NCBI RefSeq assembly: GCF_004010195.1
Contig: NC_057719.1
Span: forward strand, 46,542,137-46,606,136
Length of the DNA stretch: 64,000 bases
From: Chiloscyllium plagiosum
Lineage: Eukaryota
Direction of reading: 5' to 3'
Part shown: positions 1 through 12,395 of the stretch, piece by piece
Layout of the letters: every line of letters begins with the position of its first letter
How positions within the stretch are numbered: the first letter of the stretch is position 1
The notes under the pieces: model-generated
Database searches by the model: none
Seen by the model: the letters and a program-made list of their open reading frames with translations, nothing else
What the model was told of the DNA's origin: nothing
Program-made: the position numbers and the translations under genes

Positions 1-1644
1 ATAATTTTAAATGAACCCAAGAAAAATGTGCTGTTTTCTCAGTAGTTATAAATCCTTCCTTCCTTCATTAAATATACTTTATTATTTGAGCTCTAATTAT
101 AAGATTGGCCTCAGCAAAGCAAATTCAAACTGATCTGATTTTAGATTGACCTTATAAGGAATTTGCATTTAAATACATAAACAACAGTATCAGCTACAAA
201 CTGGGTGTTTGGGGAATTTTCCATAAATTGGTAGAAGGAGTTGGAGCCAAAATCAGTTACCAAAACCAAGGAAACATTTTTCTTATTCACTAGTGGCACA
301 TTTGCATTCCATGAGCAGAACCACTTCAAGCAGAAGCTCTGCGGGCTGATATCCACGCTGTGGGGTGATACCAAAACACCTGTGGCAAGATCCCTGCACA
401 ATTTTCTTGAAAATCTCAGTTACAACTTTAATTTTCTAGCCATAGACCTCCCTTGATGTAAGCAGAAAATTTTATCCAGGCCAGCGATTCAAAAGAAATC
501 ACTAAACCCGCCTGCAGCTCTCGGAAATGAAAGTCTGTGGTATAACGGCTAGCATTTATGCCTGCCCCGGGTTTAATTAGGCTCAATCAGAGCTTCCAGA
601 GATAGGCATTTCTCTTGCACCTCCTTCATATTACAGCTTTGTCCCTGGAGCAGCAAAGGCCACTGTGGTTGTGTTGTATAAGTGAAGCATAATTCATTGA
701 CCATTTCATAGTTTCACACATTTACTTCGAAATGAGACTCTTTTATTTTCAATAAATTCACATAAATTGTTTGTTATTATGTTGTTTCAAATACGCAGTT
801 GCTGTAAGATTGTTATATTTTGGGACTGAGTCTTTAATTTAGAATAAGATGAAACCAGCTATCTGTTCTGAAGTCTGCACAATAAAAAGCCTGAAGGATC
901 TGCTGATTGGAGACTGAAGGGAGGTCTGGATTCTTTTGCTGGAAAGAAGGTGTAAGGTTTGGAGACAATGGTAGCAGCATTTGGGCCTATAGGTGTTAGA
1001 TTGCTAGTGACCAAAATGTCAAGAAGGCTAATAATGTTGGATTGCGAACGCTGACTCTATGACTTGTCCTTAAAAGCATCTATTTAGTCCCAGTCTTTTG
1101 AAATTTGGATGACAAGCAAGAGGCTAGAGGCCAAAATGCTCTCTCGTACATATTGCAAGACTGCTCAGTTGGAAAAGACAAAATTCATGAAAATTTGGGA
1201 TGAGACTGGGATATTTTTCTACTTTATTGTAGAGGGAGAATATCCATGAAAAACAACCCTTCACTATAAAAGGGAGTTCTGGGGTTCAGAATTACCAGGT
1301 TAGGAAAGGAACAGAACAGAAGTAAACACTTCAGAGTTGAAAATTACTTTGCCTTGGTTTTAGGAGAATTGAATTTCTACCTAAGGGACAATTTAAAGTT
1401 TAATCATGAAATGGGATTTTCAGTTGTGTTAAAAGTGATTGCTCAGTAATTGAAAGGACAAGTTACATATACAAATGGACTTGCTCCTGGTTTGCTTATT
1501 ATAGTAAAAAGTGGTAAATGTGAAATCTTAACATATCACCCTTTCAATTGACAATCAATCGGAAGTTCAGTTTTTCTCTATGGAATTTGTAACAATGGGC
1601 ATGAACGACATAGGCTATAGCAATAAATGTTGCAGATCACACAA

Positions 1645-1757
1645 GAATGGGTATGGGTGGTTTGCGCTTCGGCGGGTCGGTGTGGACTTGTTGGGCCGAA
1701 GGGCCTGTTTCCACACTGTAAAGTAATCTAATCTAAATCTAATCTAATCTAATCTAA
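1645..1757 (+). mobile_element. HE1-type SINE 3' fragment with (TCTAA)n tail
   Basis: gtggacttgttgggccgaagggcctgtttccacactgta matches the 3' end of the fuller SINE at 27421-27737; followed by aatct repeats. Confidence 0.8.
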
Positions 1758-1906
1758 GAAGTTCAGTGAGGCTTATCTTGGTGTCAGGAACAACTTGCTG
1801 TATCTTTTAACTACATTATGGCATCGAGATGACTTTCACGCTCAGCAGCAGTGAGTTGCGTATTAAAGGTTTTTATTGTTTGTGACTGACCATAAGTGCA
1901 CCTCTC

Positions 1907-2884
1907 ATCTCATTAATATGCAGCTTTCTATTGTACGACCTGCCATGAGCAATCTGGACCCTGAGAATTCTCAACATGAACATAATTGTGGACACCTAGA
2001 GACTGCAGCTCACCACTTTGCTCCAAAGGACCTCTACAAACCAGGCACCAATATCTCAGAGCCCACTGTATGGGCACCAGGATACAGGCATCCAACATGT
2101 GCCAGCCTCTAAGAATCCTTATAGAACTACTTACAAACTGTTTTGGCACCTTGAAGTTGCACCTTGGGGGCACAATAGCAACTCTAATTGTTCTGCTGCT
2201 GCAAGGAACACTCAGGGCCATGTGCCTGGCTCATGGACTAAAGCAGACTGCACCTCCAAGCTGTTCACTTGCTCTCTTAGTGCCTAGTCACTTTGAGCCT
2301 AACTAGACACTCACAGCATCCCAGCCTTGCATTACACTTGCTGCACCTTATCCCTTAGCCAGAGGTACCAGGCATACAGGACTGTTGTATCATCTTGTTC
2401 TTTAGCACAGACCCAAAAGCAGGAAGTTGGTCATTGTTGTCAGCGATCCTCAGCCAAGCAAGGGAGATAGCCTTCGGTCAGGGGTTTCTGGGACTATAAG
2501 TCAAGGGCAGCCTCTGATACCAGTCCATGGGTTTGGACATGGTCAATCAGCCACTTGGAATGGCCAGAGTCATGATGCTCTCGTTATAAAGGGTGAGGAA
2601 CTGCCAATTACCTCTCTTGACTCTTTCAAGGCAACTTCAAAGTGCCAAAGCAGTTTGTAAGTAGTGCTATGAGGATTCTTAGAGGCTGGCACATGTTGGA
2701 TGCCTATGTCCTGGAGCCCATGCAGCAGGCTCTGAGATATTGGTGCCTGGTTCATAGAGGTCCTTTGGAGCAAAGTGTTGAGCTGCAGTCTCCAGGTGTC
2801 CACAATTATGTCCATGTTGAGAATTCTCAGGGTCCAGATTGTTCTTGGCAGGTAGTACAATAGAAAGCTGCATATTAATGAGAT
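1907..2884. repeat. ~260 bp inverted repeat (arms 1907-2166 and 2627-2884, ~460 bp spacer)
   Basis: Manual alignment gives about 19 differences in ~260 nt; mirror ORFs 1928..2221(-) and 2642..2863(+) translate almost identically. Confidence 0.95.
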
Positions 2885-2924
2885 CAGACCTGATTGTGTT
2901 TCACTCCTGGAATGAGAGAGAGGC

Positions 2925-3590
2925 AGGTATTTCAGAGGGATCTTGGGGTCCAAGTACATAACTCCCTGAAAGTGACAACACAAGTGGATAAAGTGGTAAA
3001 GAAGGTAGATGGCATGCTTGCTGTTAATGTGTTGAGTTTAAAAGTCAAGACACTGAATATAAAAATTAGCAAGTCGTGTGCAGCTGCATAAAACTTTAGT
3101 AGCACCACATTTAAAATAATGTGCGCAATTCTGGTTACCACACTACAGGAAGGCTTTGGAGGGGGTGAAAAATAGTTTTACCAGGATGTTGCCTGGATTG
3201 GAATGTATTAACCAAAAGGAAAGGTTGGACAACTGGGATTGTTTTCACGAGAGGTTGACAGAAGTGTATAAAACAATGAGGCGTGGATAGGGTGGATATA
3301 TGGAGTCTTTTTCCCAGGGTGGAAAAGTCAAGTATGAGGGGGCATAGGTTTAATGTTAGAGGGGAAATGTTTAAGAGAGTACTCAGAGGGTGATAGGTAT
3401 CTGGAATATGCTGCCGGGGAGGTGGTCAAAACAGATGGATTCGCAAAGCTAAAAAGTCATGAACAGGGAACACAGAGATACAGAGCATGTGCAGTCAGAT
3501 AGGATTAATTTAGAATGGCATCATTGTGGGCACAGACATGGTGGGCCAAAGGGCCTGTTCCTGAGCCGTACTGTTCCACGTCCTCTGTTC
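2925..3590 (+). mobile_element. Decayed CR1 LINE 3' fragment
   Basis: QRDLGVQVHNSLKVTTQVDKVVKK motif, then a CR1-type 3' UTR (gggccaaagggcctgttcctg). Confidence 0.85.
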
Positions 3591-3779
3591 CACTAAGGGA
3601 GATGAAAGTAGGTGGCACAGGTGGGAGGTGCTCTGAGGGAGTGAATAGATAGCAGAGGGCATGTTGGATGAATGGTGTCAGAAGTTAGGGTGAGTGAGGG
3701 CAAGTAGGAGGAGATGTTGCAAGCAATGACGATAGTGATGGAACATGAGCCTTGTTGGGAGGTGGGCCCAGTAGCTGCA

Positions 3780-4010
3780 ACAGAGTGAATGTGAGGTATT
3801 GGACAGAAGAAGATGACACTTCAACTGACAGAGTGGTCTTCTCCCTGCATGGCTGTGCATTCCCTCAGATAGCTGAGACTGCTCTGATCCAGGTGGCAAT
3901 TGCAGACATGGTCTGGCATCATGGCTGCCTAGAAGAAGGGAAATCATGTGTTTGCAGCATCTTGTCCCGCAGGACCTCCAGGCAGAAAGTGGCACCCCAA
4001 ATTCCCCTTG
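3780..4010 (-). mobile_element. Harbinger-like Myb/SANT ORF relic
   Basis: Minus-strand translation LEVLRDKML...AIATWIRAVSAI*GNAQPCREK resembles the Myb/SANT helix pattern (LEVL...VA..VSA....R...QCRKK); contains stops and frameshifts. Confidence 0.45.
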
Positions 4011-4149
4011 CCTGCCATGTCTGAAGCAGATATCAGGTAATGTGCAGGGTATCTGTGGACTGACAGTGCTTCTCCAGGTCCACACCAGCCTTTTAAAAAC
4101 AGTGCCAGGAAACCATTCTAGATTAAAACAATTTGCTCCCCCTCAGTTT

Positions 4150-5310
4150 TGTTTTGCAATGGTGTTAATATATGTCAATTCTTTGAGGAGGTGATGCATG
4201 CTGTGGCTAAAAAGGAACCAATGGGTGTACTGTACTTAGATTACAAGAAGGCATTTAATAAGGTGCCACATCAAAGGCTATTGTGGTAAATATAAGCTCA
4301 TGCTATAGAGGGTACTGGCATGTAAAAACGATTGGCTGGCTAACTGGAAGCAGAGAATAAAGATAAATGGGTCTTTTTCAGCTTTCTAAGATATACCAAA
4401 TATCCCAGGGATTAGTTCTGGAAATTCAACTGTTCACAATGTCTATGATTGATTTAAGGAAAGGACTTCAGGTATGGTTATCAAATTTGCTGCTGACGCA
4501 AAGACAGATGGGAAAGTAAGAAGATGATGTGAGGGCTAAACCAAAGATATTGACAGGTAAATAGAATGGGAAATGATGTGGAAAATGTGAAAATGTGGTT
4601 TATTTTTGTAGGAAGATTATCTAAATGGTGATAGATGACAAAGTTTTGAGATTCAGAGAAATCTGGGTGTCCTTGTGCATGAAGCAGAGAGTGTTGGTAT
4701 GCAGGTGCAGCAGTAATTAGGAAAGCTAATAGAATGTTACTGTTTATTGCAAAAGGAATCGAAGGGAAAAATATATTTCAGTTGTACAAGGCATTGGTGA
4801 GATAACTTCCTTATTTAAGGAAGGATGTAAATGTATTTAAAGCAGTTCAGAAAACCTTTACTGGACTAATATCAGAAATGCACATTGTTTCTTATGAGAA
4901 AAGGTGGTTGGACTAGGTTCGTATCTGCTAGAGTTTAGAAATAAGAGGTAATTCAACTGAAACATGCAAGATCCCGAGTGACCTTAATGAAATGTATGTG
5001 GAACGGAGGTTCCTCTTGTGGGAGATTTGAGAACTAGGGCTGATTGTTTCAAAATAAGGTGCTGTATGTTTAAGACAGATGAGGCAATTTTTTTTCTTAC
5101 AGTGTTGTGATTCTTTGAAATTGTTATGATTCTTCAAAAGGCATAGGAAACAGTCTTTTAATATTTTTAAGGCAAAGATAGATAAATTCTTAACAAAGTG
5201 TTGGGAAAGGTTACTGCAGGAATGTGGAGTAATCAGATTAGCAATGACGTTGCAGAATGGTATAGGAAACTCAAGGAGCCAAATGGCCGACTCCTGTTCC
5301 TAATTTGCAT
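4150..5310 (+). mobile_element. Old CR1 RT-to-3' end fragment
   Basis: FFEEV...VLYLDYKKAFNKVPH and KFAADAK motifs, decayed; 3' end ggagccaaatggccgactcctgttcct. Confidence 0.8.
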
Positions 5311-5549
5311 GTCCACCTGCAAACCTTGAATTTCTTTCCTCCTCTCCCAAGTCCAAGTTATTGATGTATAAATGCATCACCTTATCTTTAATTTAAAATC
5401 TAACAGTACTCTGATTCAGATTTTGTTCCCTAGGGTGTTTCCTTTCACAGTTTATTACACGAATTGTCACTTTTTGATATAGACAAGGTCATGTGCAAAC
5501 CAAAGCATTAGTTTTGACATTATCCTTGGTAGACATTGCTGTTTATTCC

Positions 5550-6450
5550 TACAGCAAAAAATAACCTGTTAGGCATTACTTCTGTCCTTTTGTCAAATTC
5601 CTATCTATGCTGTCACCTTCCACTCTCCATGACACAATTATGTATCATATTAACTACTTCCCGCACTTCCTTATGTTCAACTCAAAATATGTTGGGTTGT
5701 CATCAACTAGCCTCTTCAGGTAATGGTTTTAGAAGATGGTTTGGATTTATGTTTGCATGTTGCTATGTCACTTTGCAGACTCATATGGTTTATAAGTTGC
5801 GAGGGAGGACAGGAATTATTTTGGCCTACTTTAGAATCTCCAAAGACATGTCTAATCGGTGTAAATCCAGAGTTATCTCTGGCTTCCCTAAGGGATTCCC
5901 TAAGAACTTCGCTATTGGAAGGAAACTGCACCAGGAAGTCAGGAATATTCACCCCTTTATTAAAATGCTACCACTAGGCCAAATCTACATTGGATGTGAA
6001 TGATGGCCTATACCAAATCTTTGAACTGGGAGCACCTCAGGAAATCTCGATTAAGTGCAATGGAGTAGGAGGAAAATACTATGAACGGAATTTTCATTTT
6101 GTATTAGAACCCTGATATTAGGAGTATTTCCAGGCCCCAGGCCTACATTGCGTTAGTACCTGACACTTGACACAATTTTCAGAAAGGTGGCTGGTGCATT
6201 CATCATTCAATTAAGGACGGACAGATCAATAAGAGATTCTCCAGCACTGAAACAATAGCAGACCCACTTTCACAGTTACTCAATGCAATGTAGAGAGGAG
6301 AAAGAATGAACATCTCATGATGGAGTATTGGGTGCCAGTCTGTAGGCAGGTTGTCTCTCCTGAACAATAAGGCTTTGGCCTCCTGGGAGTTCTGCACGCT
6401 GACTGGAAAGTTTTGTCTGCTATCTGCAGTGCATTCAAAGGGCCATTTGG
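5550..6450 (-). mobile_element. Possible highly decayed Harbinger (HARBI1-like) transposase
   Basis: Minus-strand peptides IALSNCESGS and VQFPSNSEVLRESL...VFGDSK occur in the order expected for AL.F.ASGS / ARFPGS.HDS.VLRES / LLGDSGY; similarity is weak. Confidence 0.35.
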
Positions 6451-7973
6451 TTGGCATAACTAACTATCTGCTCCTTGGGTAAGTAGTCATCACCACCCTC
6501 CATTTGCACATACTCTCACTTAAGGCAGCCTCTTGCAAAATAGTCTGGATACACCAGATTGCCAGCAGACAAACATTTTTCTCTCCACTACATCTTTTCC
6601 AACTACCCACTCATCCCTATTGGGTTTCACCTCCTGAGTTCAACTAAATCCAGTTCTATAGATCTCTCCTTTTTATTAATAAGAATAATATCTTATTTAA
6701 GAAGCATGGTTGTAGCCTTAAATATGAATTGTATATGACTTTACATTGAATAATTCAAATACAGACTAAATAATAGGATAAAAACATACAAAGACGTAAC
6801 AATGAAGCAGCAACTAAAAGTGACATACAAATTTAGCAGGTAACAGGAGATTGATTGGTGGGATAGTAAAGAGTTAAATTGAAGCTATTTTCAAATGACA
6901 AACAAATACACCATTCCATATCGCTGGCACTGAAGAACAGAAAAGTTTAATCATTAAAGTAATTAATTGCGGCTTGAATCATGTAATAAATAGCATTACA
7001 TCACTACCTTTTCATCCTGCATTTTATGGTGTGAACTTAGTTAAATATCTAGGTGTGGTAGGGGGAATCCTTTCTGAAACTGGATAAATTGCAAAACAGA
7101 TCTACCAAACCGAGTACAAATATGATTCCTCATTTTTGTAGGGTTTTTTGATCTTTGAAGGGCTTGTCGTATAGCTGGTACTGACAGCCTCATACTAATC
7201 GCAGAGGTTCTTCTGTATTCCCTAACTGCTCAAAGTAGAATCATTTATTTCCCCTCCTCCTGCATTATTTTGTAGTCCCTACTCCCTTCTCTTCCTTTCC
7301 CCAGCAAGTTAAGTTCTTTTTTGCTCTAATTAGTTTGTGGTTTTGAATGAGAGGATGCGGCAGTAGAACATGGGGGAGGCTCCTCTTCCCAGTCTCATGT
7401 GGCCTTGTCCTCCACACCATCCATTTCCAGAGCAGCATCTTCATTGCCCACAAGGAAGAATCTATTTTCTTTTTGTTCTTCCTCCTCCTCATCTTTTTGC
7501 CACAATCCACCCTATTGTACTGCTAAACTTGGAGGAGAGGCTGGCAATAGGTGATTATCTTTGATTTTGTACAAAGTGCTAAGACTGTGCAGAAGGAAGG
7601 AGTCAGATAGTGTTCTGAACTAAAGAACAATCATCACAAAGCAGAAATAGGTTCCATACCAGAAACCACTCAAACAATTGGCAGCATATTGATTTACAAC
7701 GGAAGCTCACAAAAAAACAGCAAGTAAATTTGGAGCTAACATTTTAAGCAGTAAAGCTAAATTTACACTGTTTGCAATTGGTCCATTGCTTGTAAAGTTT
7801 TACTGACCGCTAAAATTGACTTTTGCATTCACACGTCATCACCACACTGATGAAGTGTGGATATTATCAGAAACTACAAACAATAACTATGGAGCAACTT
7901 TTCAGCATCTGGAGAACAATTGAGCTCAAAAATTTATAATTTCAATAAAGATTATTTCCTATCATTTATCATG

Positions 7974-8455
7974 TTTACAAGGATGTTGCCAAGGTTGGAG
8001 GATTTCAGCTATAGAGAGAGGCTGAACAGGCTGGGGCTGTTTTCCCTGGAGTGTCGGAGGCTGAGCGGGTGACCTTATAGAGGTTTACAAAATTATGAGG
8101 GGCATGGATAGGATAAATAGACAATGTCTTTTCCATAGGGTTGGAGAGTCCAAAACTAGAGGGCATAGGTTTAGGGTGAGAGGGGAAAGATATAAAAGAG
8201 ACCTAAGGGGCAACATTTTCACACAGAGGGTGGTACATGTATGGAATGAGCTGCCAGAGGAAGTGGTGGAGGCTAGTACAATTGCAACATTTAAGAGGCA
8301 TCTGGATGGGTATATGAATAGGAAGGGTTTGGAGGGATATAGGCCAGGTGCTGGCAGGTGGGACTAGATTGGGTTGGGATATCTGCTCAGCATGGATGAG
8401 TTGGACCGAAGGGTCTGTTCCATGCTGTACATCTCTATGACTCTATGACTCTATG
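7974..8455 (+). mobile_element. Young CR1 (HER1-like) 3' end
   Basis: ORF 8095..8367 (TRGHRFRVRGERYKRDLRGNIFTQRVVHVWNELP) and a (ctctatga)3 tail. Confidence 0.95.
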
Positions 8456-10414
8456 TGATTCGTATTTCATCCTATTGTAGTTTTTAATACATAGCTATTA
8501 CAGATAGACTTTAGTGTCATATATATATATAATTCCAAGCAAAAGAAAAACTGGAGGTTAAATAGTTCCATGCAGTCATCCACTAATAATTTGTAAAGTA
8601 ACAAATTTAATAGATGTTATCTCGTTTTTACACTCGTTCCTCTATGTTCCCTTTAAGTGCCTATTCATTTTAATAAAGGCATCCAAGCCTGTGTTTTTGA
8701 ACGGAAGCATTAACTTGAAATGCCAAAGGCAGTTAGTTTGAAAAAAGGCAATATTGTTTAGCTTAAATAGCATAGAATTTTTTTATGGCCCAAATACTTC
8801 CCTTATTATATACAGATGCCAGATGAACGTCATTGTCATTGACGGGGTTTTGCAGCTTTGCTGCAGTAATGAGCTCCAGAATGGCCCATTATGTGGGTCA
8901 AACACAAGCCTGAAGCAGGATAGTTTTCCAGGTCTGGTTAAAGGTTAATGCAGCATGTTTCTATTACATTATTTTTCATTCTTCCAACCCTTCTAGTGCT
9001 AATTTCCATTAAAGACATACTATCTATATTTGATAATTAGAATTCTGTTTAATGATAGATTTATTAATATGAAGTTGAAGTAATCAAACAACAAAGGGTC
9101 TTTGTTGTATATTTCAGGCTCCTGAATTTTCAGGTATCCATATTTTTTAAAGTGATGATCAATGTTGGAAATAGATTGAACACTTTCTTTCCATTATCTG
9201 GAAGTAGACATGACATTGCAATAGTTCAGCCAAATATGAATAGAAGCTGCCCGAGGATTGATGTCCAGTGAAACTTGTTGCTAAAGGGATTCCTCTTTGG
9301 CCAAGGTTACTGCAACGTAAATAAGAAACAGTCCAAATGGTCATCAATCAGACAAGAGTGCTCAAGGGAGCAATTAATATTCCATGTAATACAGTATTAC
9401 AAATGCAAGGGTTTTGAGAGAAAGGTACTGTGCTTTTGCAAAGTGAATGATGTCTACAGCAACTAAGCAATTCAGAAAGCACAAACAAAATGTTCACAAA
9501 TTCTAAAAGCTTTTGACTCTGTATTTGCGTTAACTCACAGCACAACCATGTTGTAATGTATTCATATGGGAATGACCCATCTCCCCACATTCCACATCAA
9601 ATTATTACACTGCTATTTAACTGGTGGTTAAGCACCACTAAAACATAGCAAGGCACTTAAGAGGCCATTTTCTTTTGACCATGACATTACTTAACAATTC
9701 AAATCACTTGCAATTTTGATATTTTGTCAGGACCATAACTGGTACTTTCATATCAGCTCTACACAACTGTAGTTCTGGATGGGGAACACAGATTTCATAA
9801 TGGGAATCCTTTTATTCCTATTGTTGTATCTATCTAATGTTTAAAAGATCAATATGTTTTGGAATGTCTCTTTAGTTCAAGGTAAAAGTGTTAATGAGAG
9901 TCATGTAACCTGCTATCAGCTCTGCCTGACAACTATCTTGTATGGCTCAGTTAGCAGGAAGTGGGGGGGACCCAGGTTGAGACTTACTGAGAGCAAAATG
10001 TTCACAGGAGCAGTTGGGCTGATTCTGGACATTTTTGGACAGAGAGAGAGATCATTCAGGGATAGACACTGCAACTGAAGGGGAGAAAGCTTTTGGTCCC
10101 TTTGAGCTACAAGCAGAATGCAGGAAGGAGGAAGGTCATTGCGTGGAAAGAAATAACTCAGATTTGTTCTGGCAAAGTCAGGAAAAGAAAGCACTAATGT
10201 AAGCCTTACTACTAATAATTGTTATGAAACTGGAGGATGTACCTTTGATGGCCAGTAAATTAACCAGCATTATGTAGGTGCTCACATGTATTTGAATACT
10301 TTATCCAGTAGTATAAAGGTCCTTTTTGTTGATAGGTTTGGATTTGATCTTTAATAACTTGGCTATTTCACACAAAGGATAGCTCTAGAATTCTCCCCAT
10401 CCAAAACCTGAGAT

Positions 10415-10594
10415 TGTTCACCACCAGGTTATAGTCTAACAGGTCCACCTGGAAGCACCAGCCCCCAAAGCGCCGCTCCTATCCAAGGCCCCTTTCGAAA
10501 GCCAGTGCTTCCAAACAATCCCTCTGGACTGCAACCTGGTGCTGTGCGATTTTTAACTTTGTCCATCCTCGTCCAACGCTGGCTCCTCCACATC
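10415..10594. mobile_element. Palindromic PLE-derived element, family A, hypermutated
   Basis: Homologous to 29566-29752 and 33821-33998; TSD aaacctgagat at 10404-10414 and 10595-10605. Confidence 0.85.
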
Positions 10595-12154
10595 AAACCT
10601 GAGATCCAAAGCCTTAAACTAACAAAAGAATCAGTCAAGGTATTAAAGGTGCATAAGATCAGTTAAAGGTAATCCATCATTTAATTGAATGGTACAGCAT
10701 GCTCTTGCAGTCAAATGATTTTGTATGTTTCAGTTTGCTAGCCAGGACATCTGACTCCTAGTTTTTTGATCGACTAATTGTGCTGTGCCGTTAAAATTGA
10801 GTGAAGCACAGTTTATAGCCTGCGGCTCAATGAATCTTTAAACCTGTCTGTTTAATGGCGCCCATTTTAGCCCTGTCATACGTACATGGCACACCTCAGA
10901 CAGCATTTTGGCCATGTTTGTGTCTGAAACACAGGGAGACAGCTTTTGTTGGTGGAAGGGAGAGGCAGAGCAGCAGATGAGGCCACTATCCAGAGGGGAT
11001 AGCAATAAAAGTACTCTTATGTGTTTAACAGTTCTGAAAATCCGTTATGGTTTGCTTTAATTTGATTTACTATTGTACATGTACCTAGCTATAGTGAAAA
11101 GTTTCATATTGTGAGCAGTACAGGCAGATCATACCATACAAAGTGCATTAGGGTAAAAGAACAGAGCAAATAATACAACGTTACCGCAACATTATTATCG
11201 TATTAAATGGGTCATGTTGACACTGTGGTTTAATTTTAAATTGAGTTAAAATCAGGACCTGTTAAATTTTGAAAAGGTCCTGAACAGATTCCAGACTTCT
11301 AATTCAGAGATTATTTTGAGCATGTCAATGAAAAGAGTAGATAGTTGAACATTTGGTCTGGCAGCATCAAAAATTATACTGTATTGAGCTTTATAGGTTC
11401 TGTTAGTTTAGCAGTCCAAATTTAACCCAATTATGAATTGGTGGCTGAGTTCCAAAACCACACGAAATTACGTAGCTCACCCAGGGTAAATGACACAGCT
11501 TTTGAGGGCACTGTGCACTTTGATTGACAGGTCTATGAGCACATAATAGGATTAAAAGTTTCAAAGAGATTTTTGAATGGGAATTTATTGTTAAAGACTA
11601 ATGAGCAGTTGAGAAGAGAGCATAGTTTCCACAGATTTTCAATGGTTGCATTTCATTGATAATCCTGAGTTTCTAACAGGCAAATTTTGAATGGTGCTTG
11701 AATGGTGGATTTTCTTTTAATGATTTATGAACATTTCAAAGACTTCTCTGTGTTACTGTATGAACCATGAGATCAATGCATTATGGATGCAGAATGAGTG
11801 AGTATGGAGGTTATATGTTGGGGAGGGGTGCATAAAGGATGTACAAGGGGCATGGAGGGGGAGTGAAGAGCTGAGGGTGCATTGGGGAAATGAGAGGGTG
11901 AGGAGTACATGCTGAAAGGTCCACAAGTCATGTAGAGAACAGGGGCTGATCCGCCAGTGAATGGAGGAGGTTTGCACACCTTCATTCCCTGTTCAGCATT
12001 TCTTCAGGAGGGGGCGCTTATAACAACAGCCTGCTCCATATTTAGAAGATGAAAATTCTGTGTGAATTTTGCTTTCAGCAGTCAGGAACATGGGATCAAG
12101 AAATGGCTAAACTTGGGCTTTCAAACTCAGAGGGGTGGAAATCCAAAACCAGAA

Positions 12155-12395
12155 CTGTAAGCATGGTTTAACAAAAGTTCTGTACCAGTTTAACATAACT
12201 TCTCTGTTTTTCAATGCTATTTATCTCAATATGCATCTCTATGGTCTGCTTACATTCTGTTGGTATTAGTAACCTGAAACACTACATTCAGTGATTTGTA
12301 TACCTGTACCTCTAGATCTCTCTATTCTCTATTTCTCCGTTTAGACACTGATTTTTCAAATGGTGTTATATCTGTCAAAATGCATCACCTCATAG
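12155..12395 (-). mobile_element. Old CR1 RT fragment
   Basis: Degenerate reverse copy of the CEVMHF...RDL.VQV..SL...LYRT segment. Confidence 0.55.

Noticed and set aside
141..456. Overlapping ORFs at the window start
   Set aside because: No recognisable homology or convincing splice sites
811..1594. Solo LTR (TGTTATA...TGTAACA)
   Set aside because: Termini imperfect, no TSD (agat versus atgg), and no second copy in the window; not supportable without a search
5536..6003. 155-aa + strand ORF
   Set aside because: No recognisable domain and a non-ATG start; the opposite strand looks more like a transposase relic
11760..12010. Further Harbinger Myb-like relic
   Set aside because: Resembles the 3600-4010 region in style, but too decayed to call by eye
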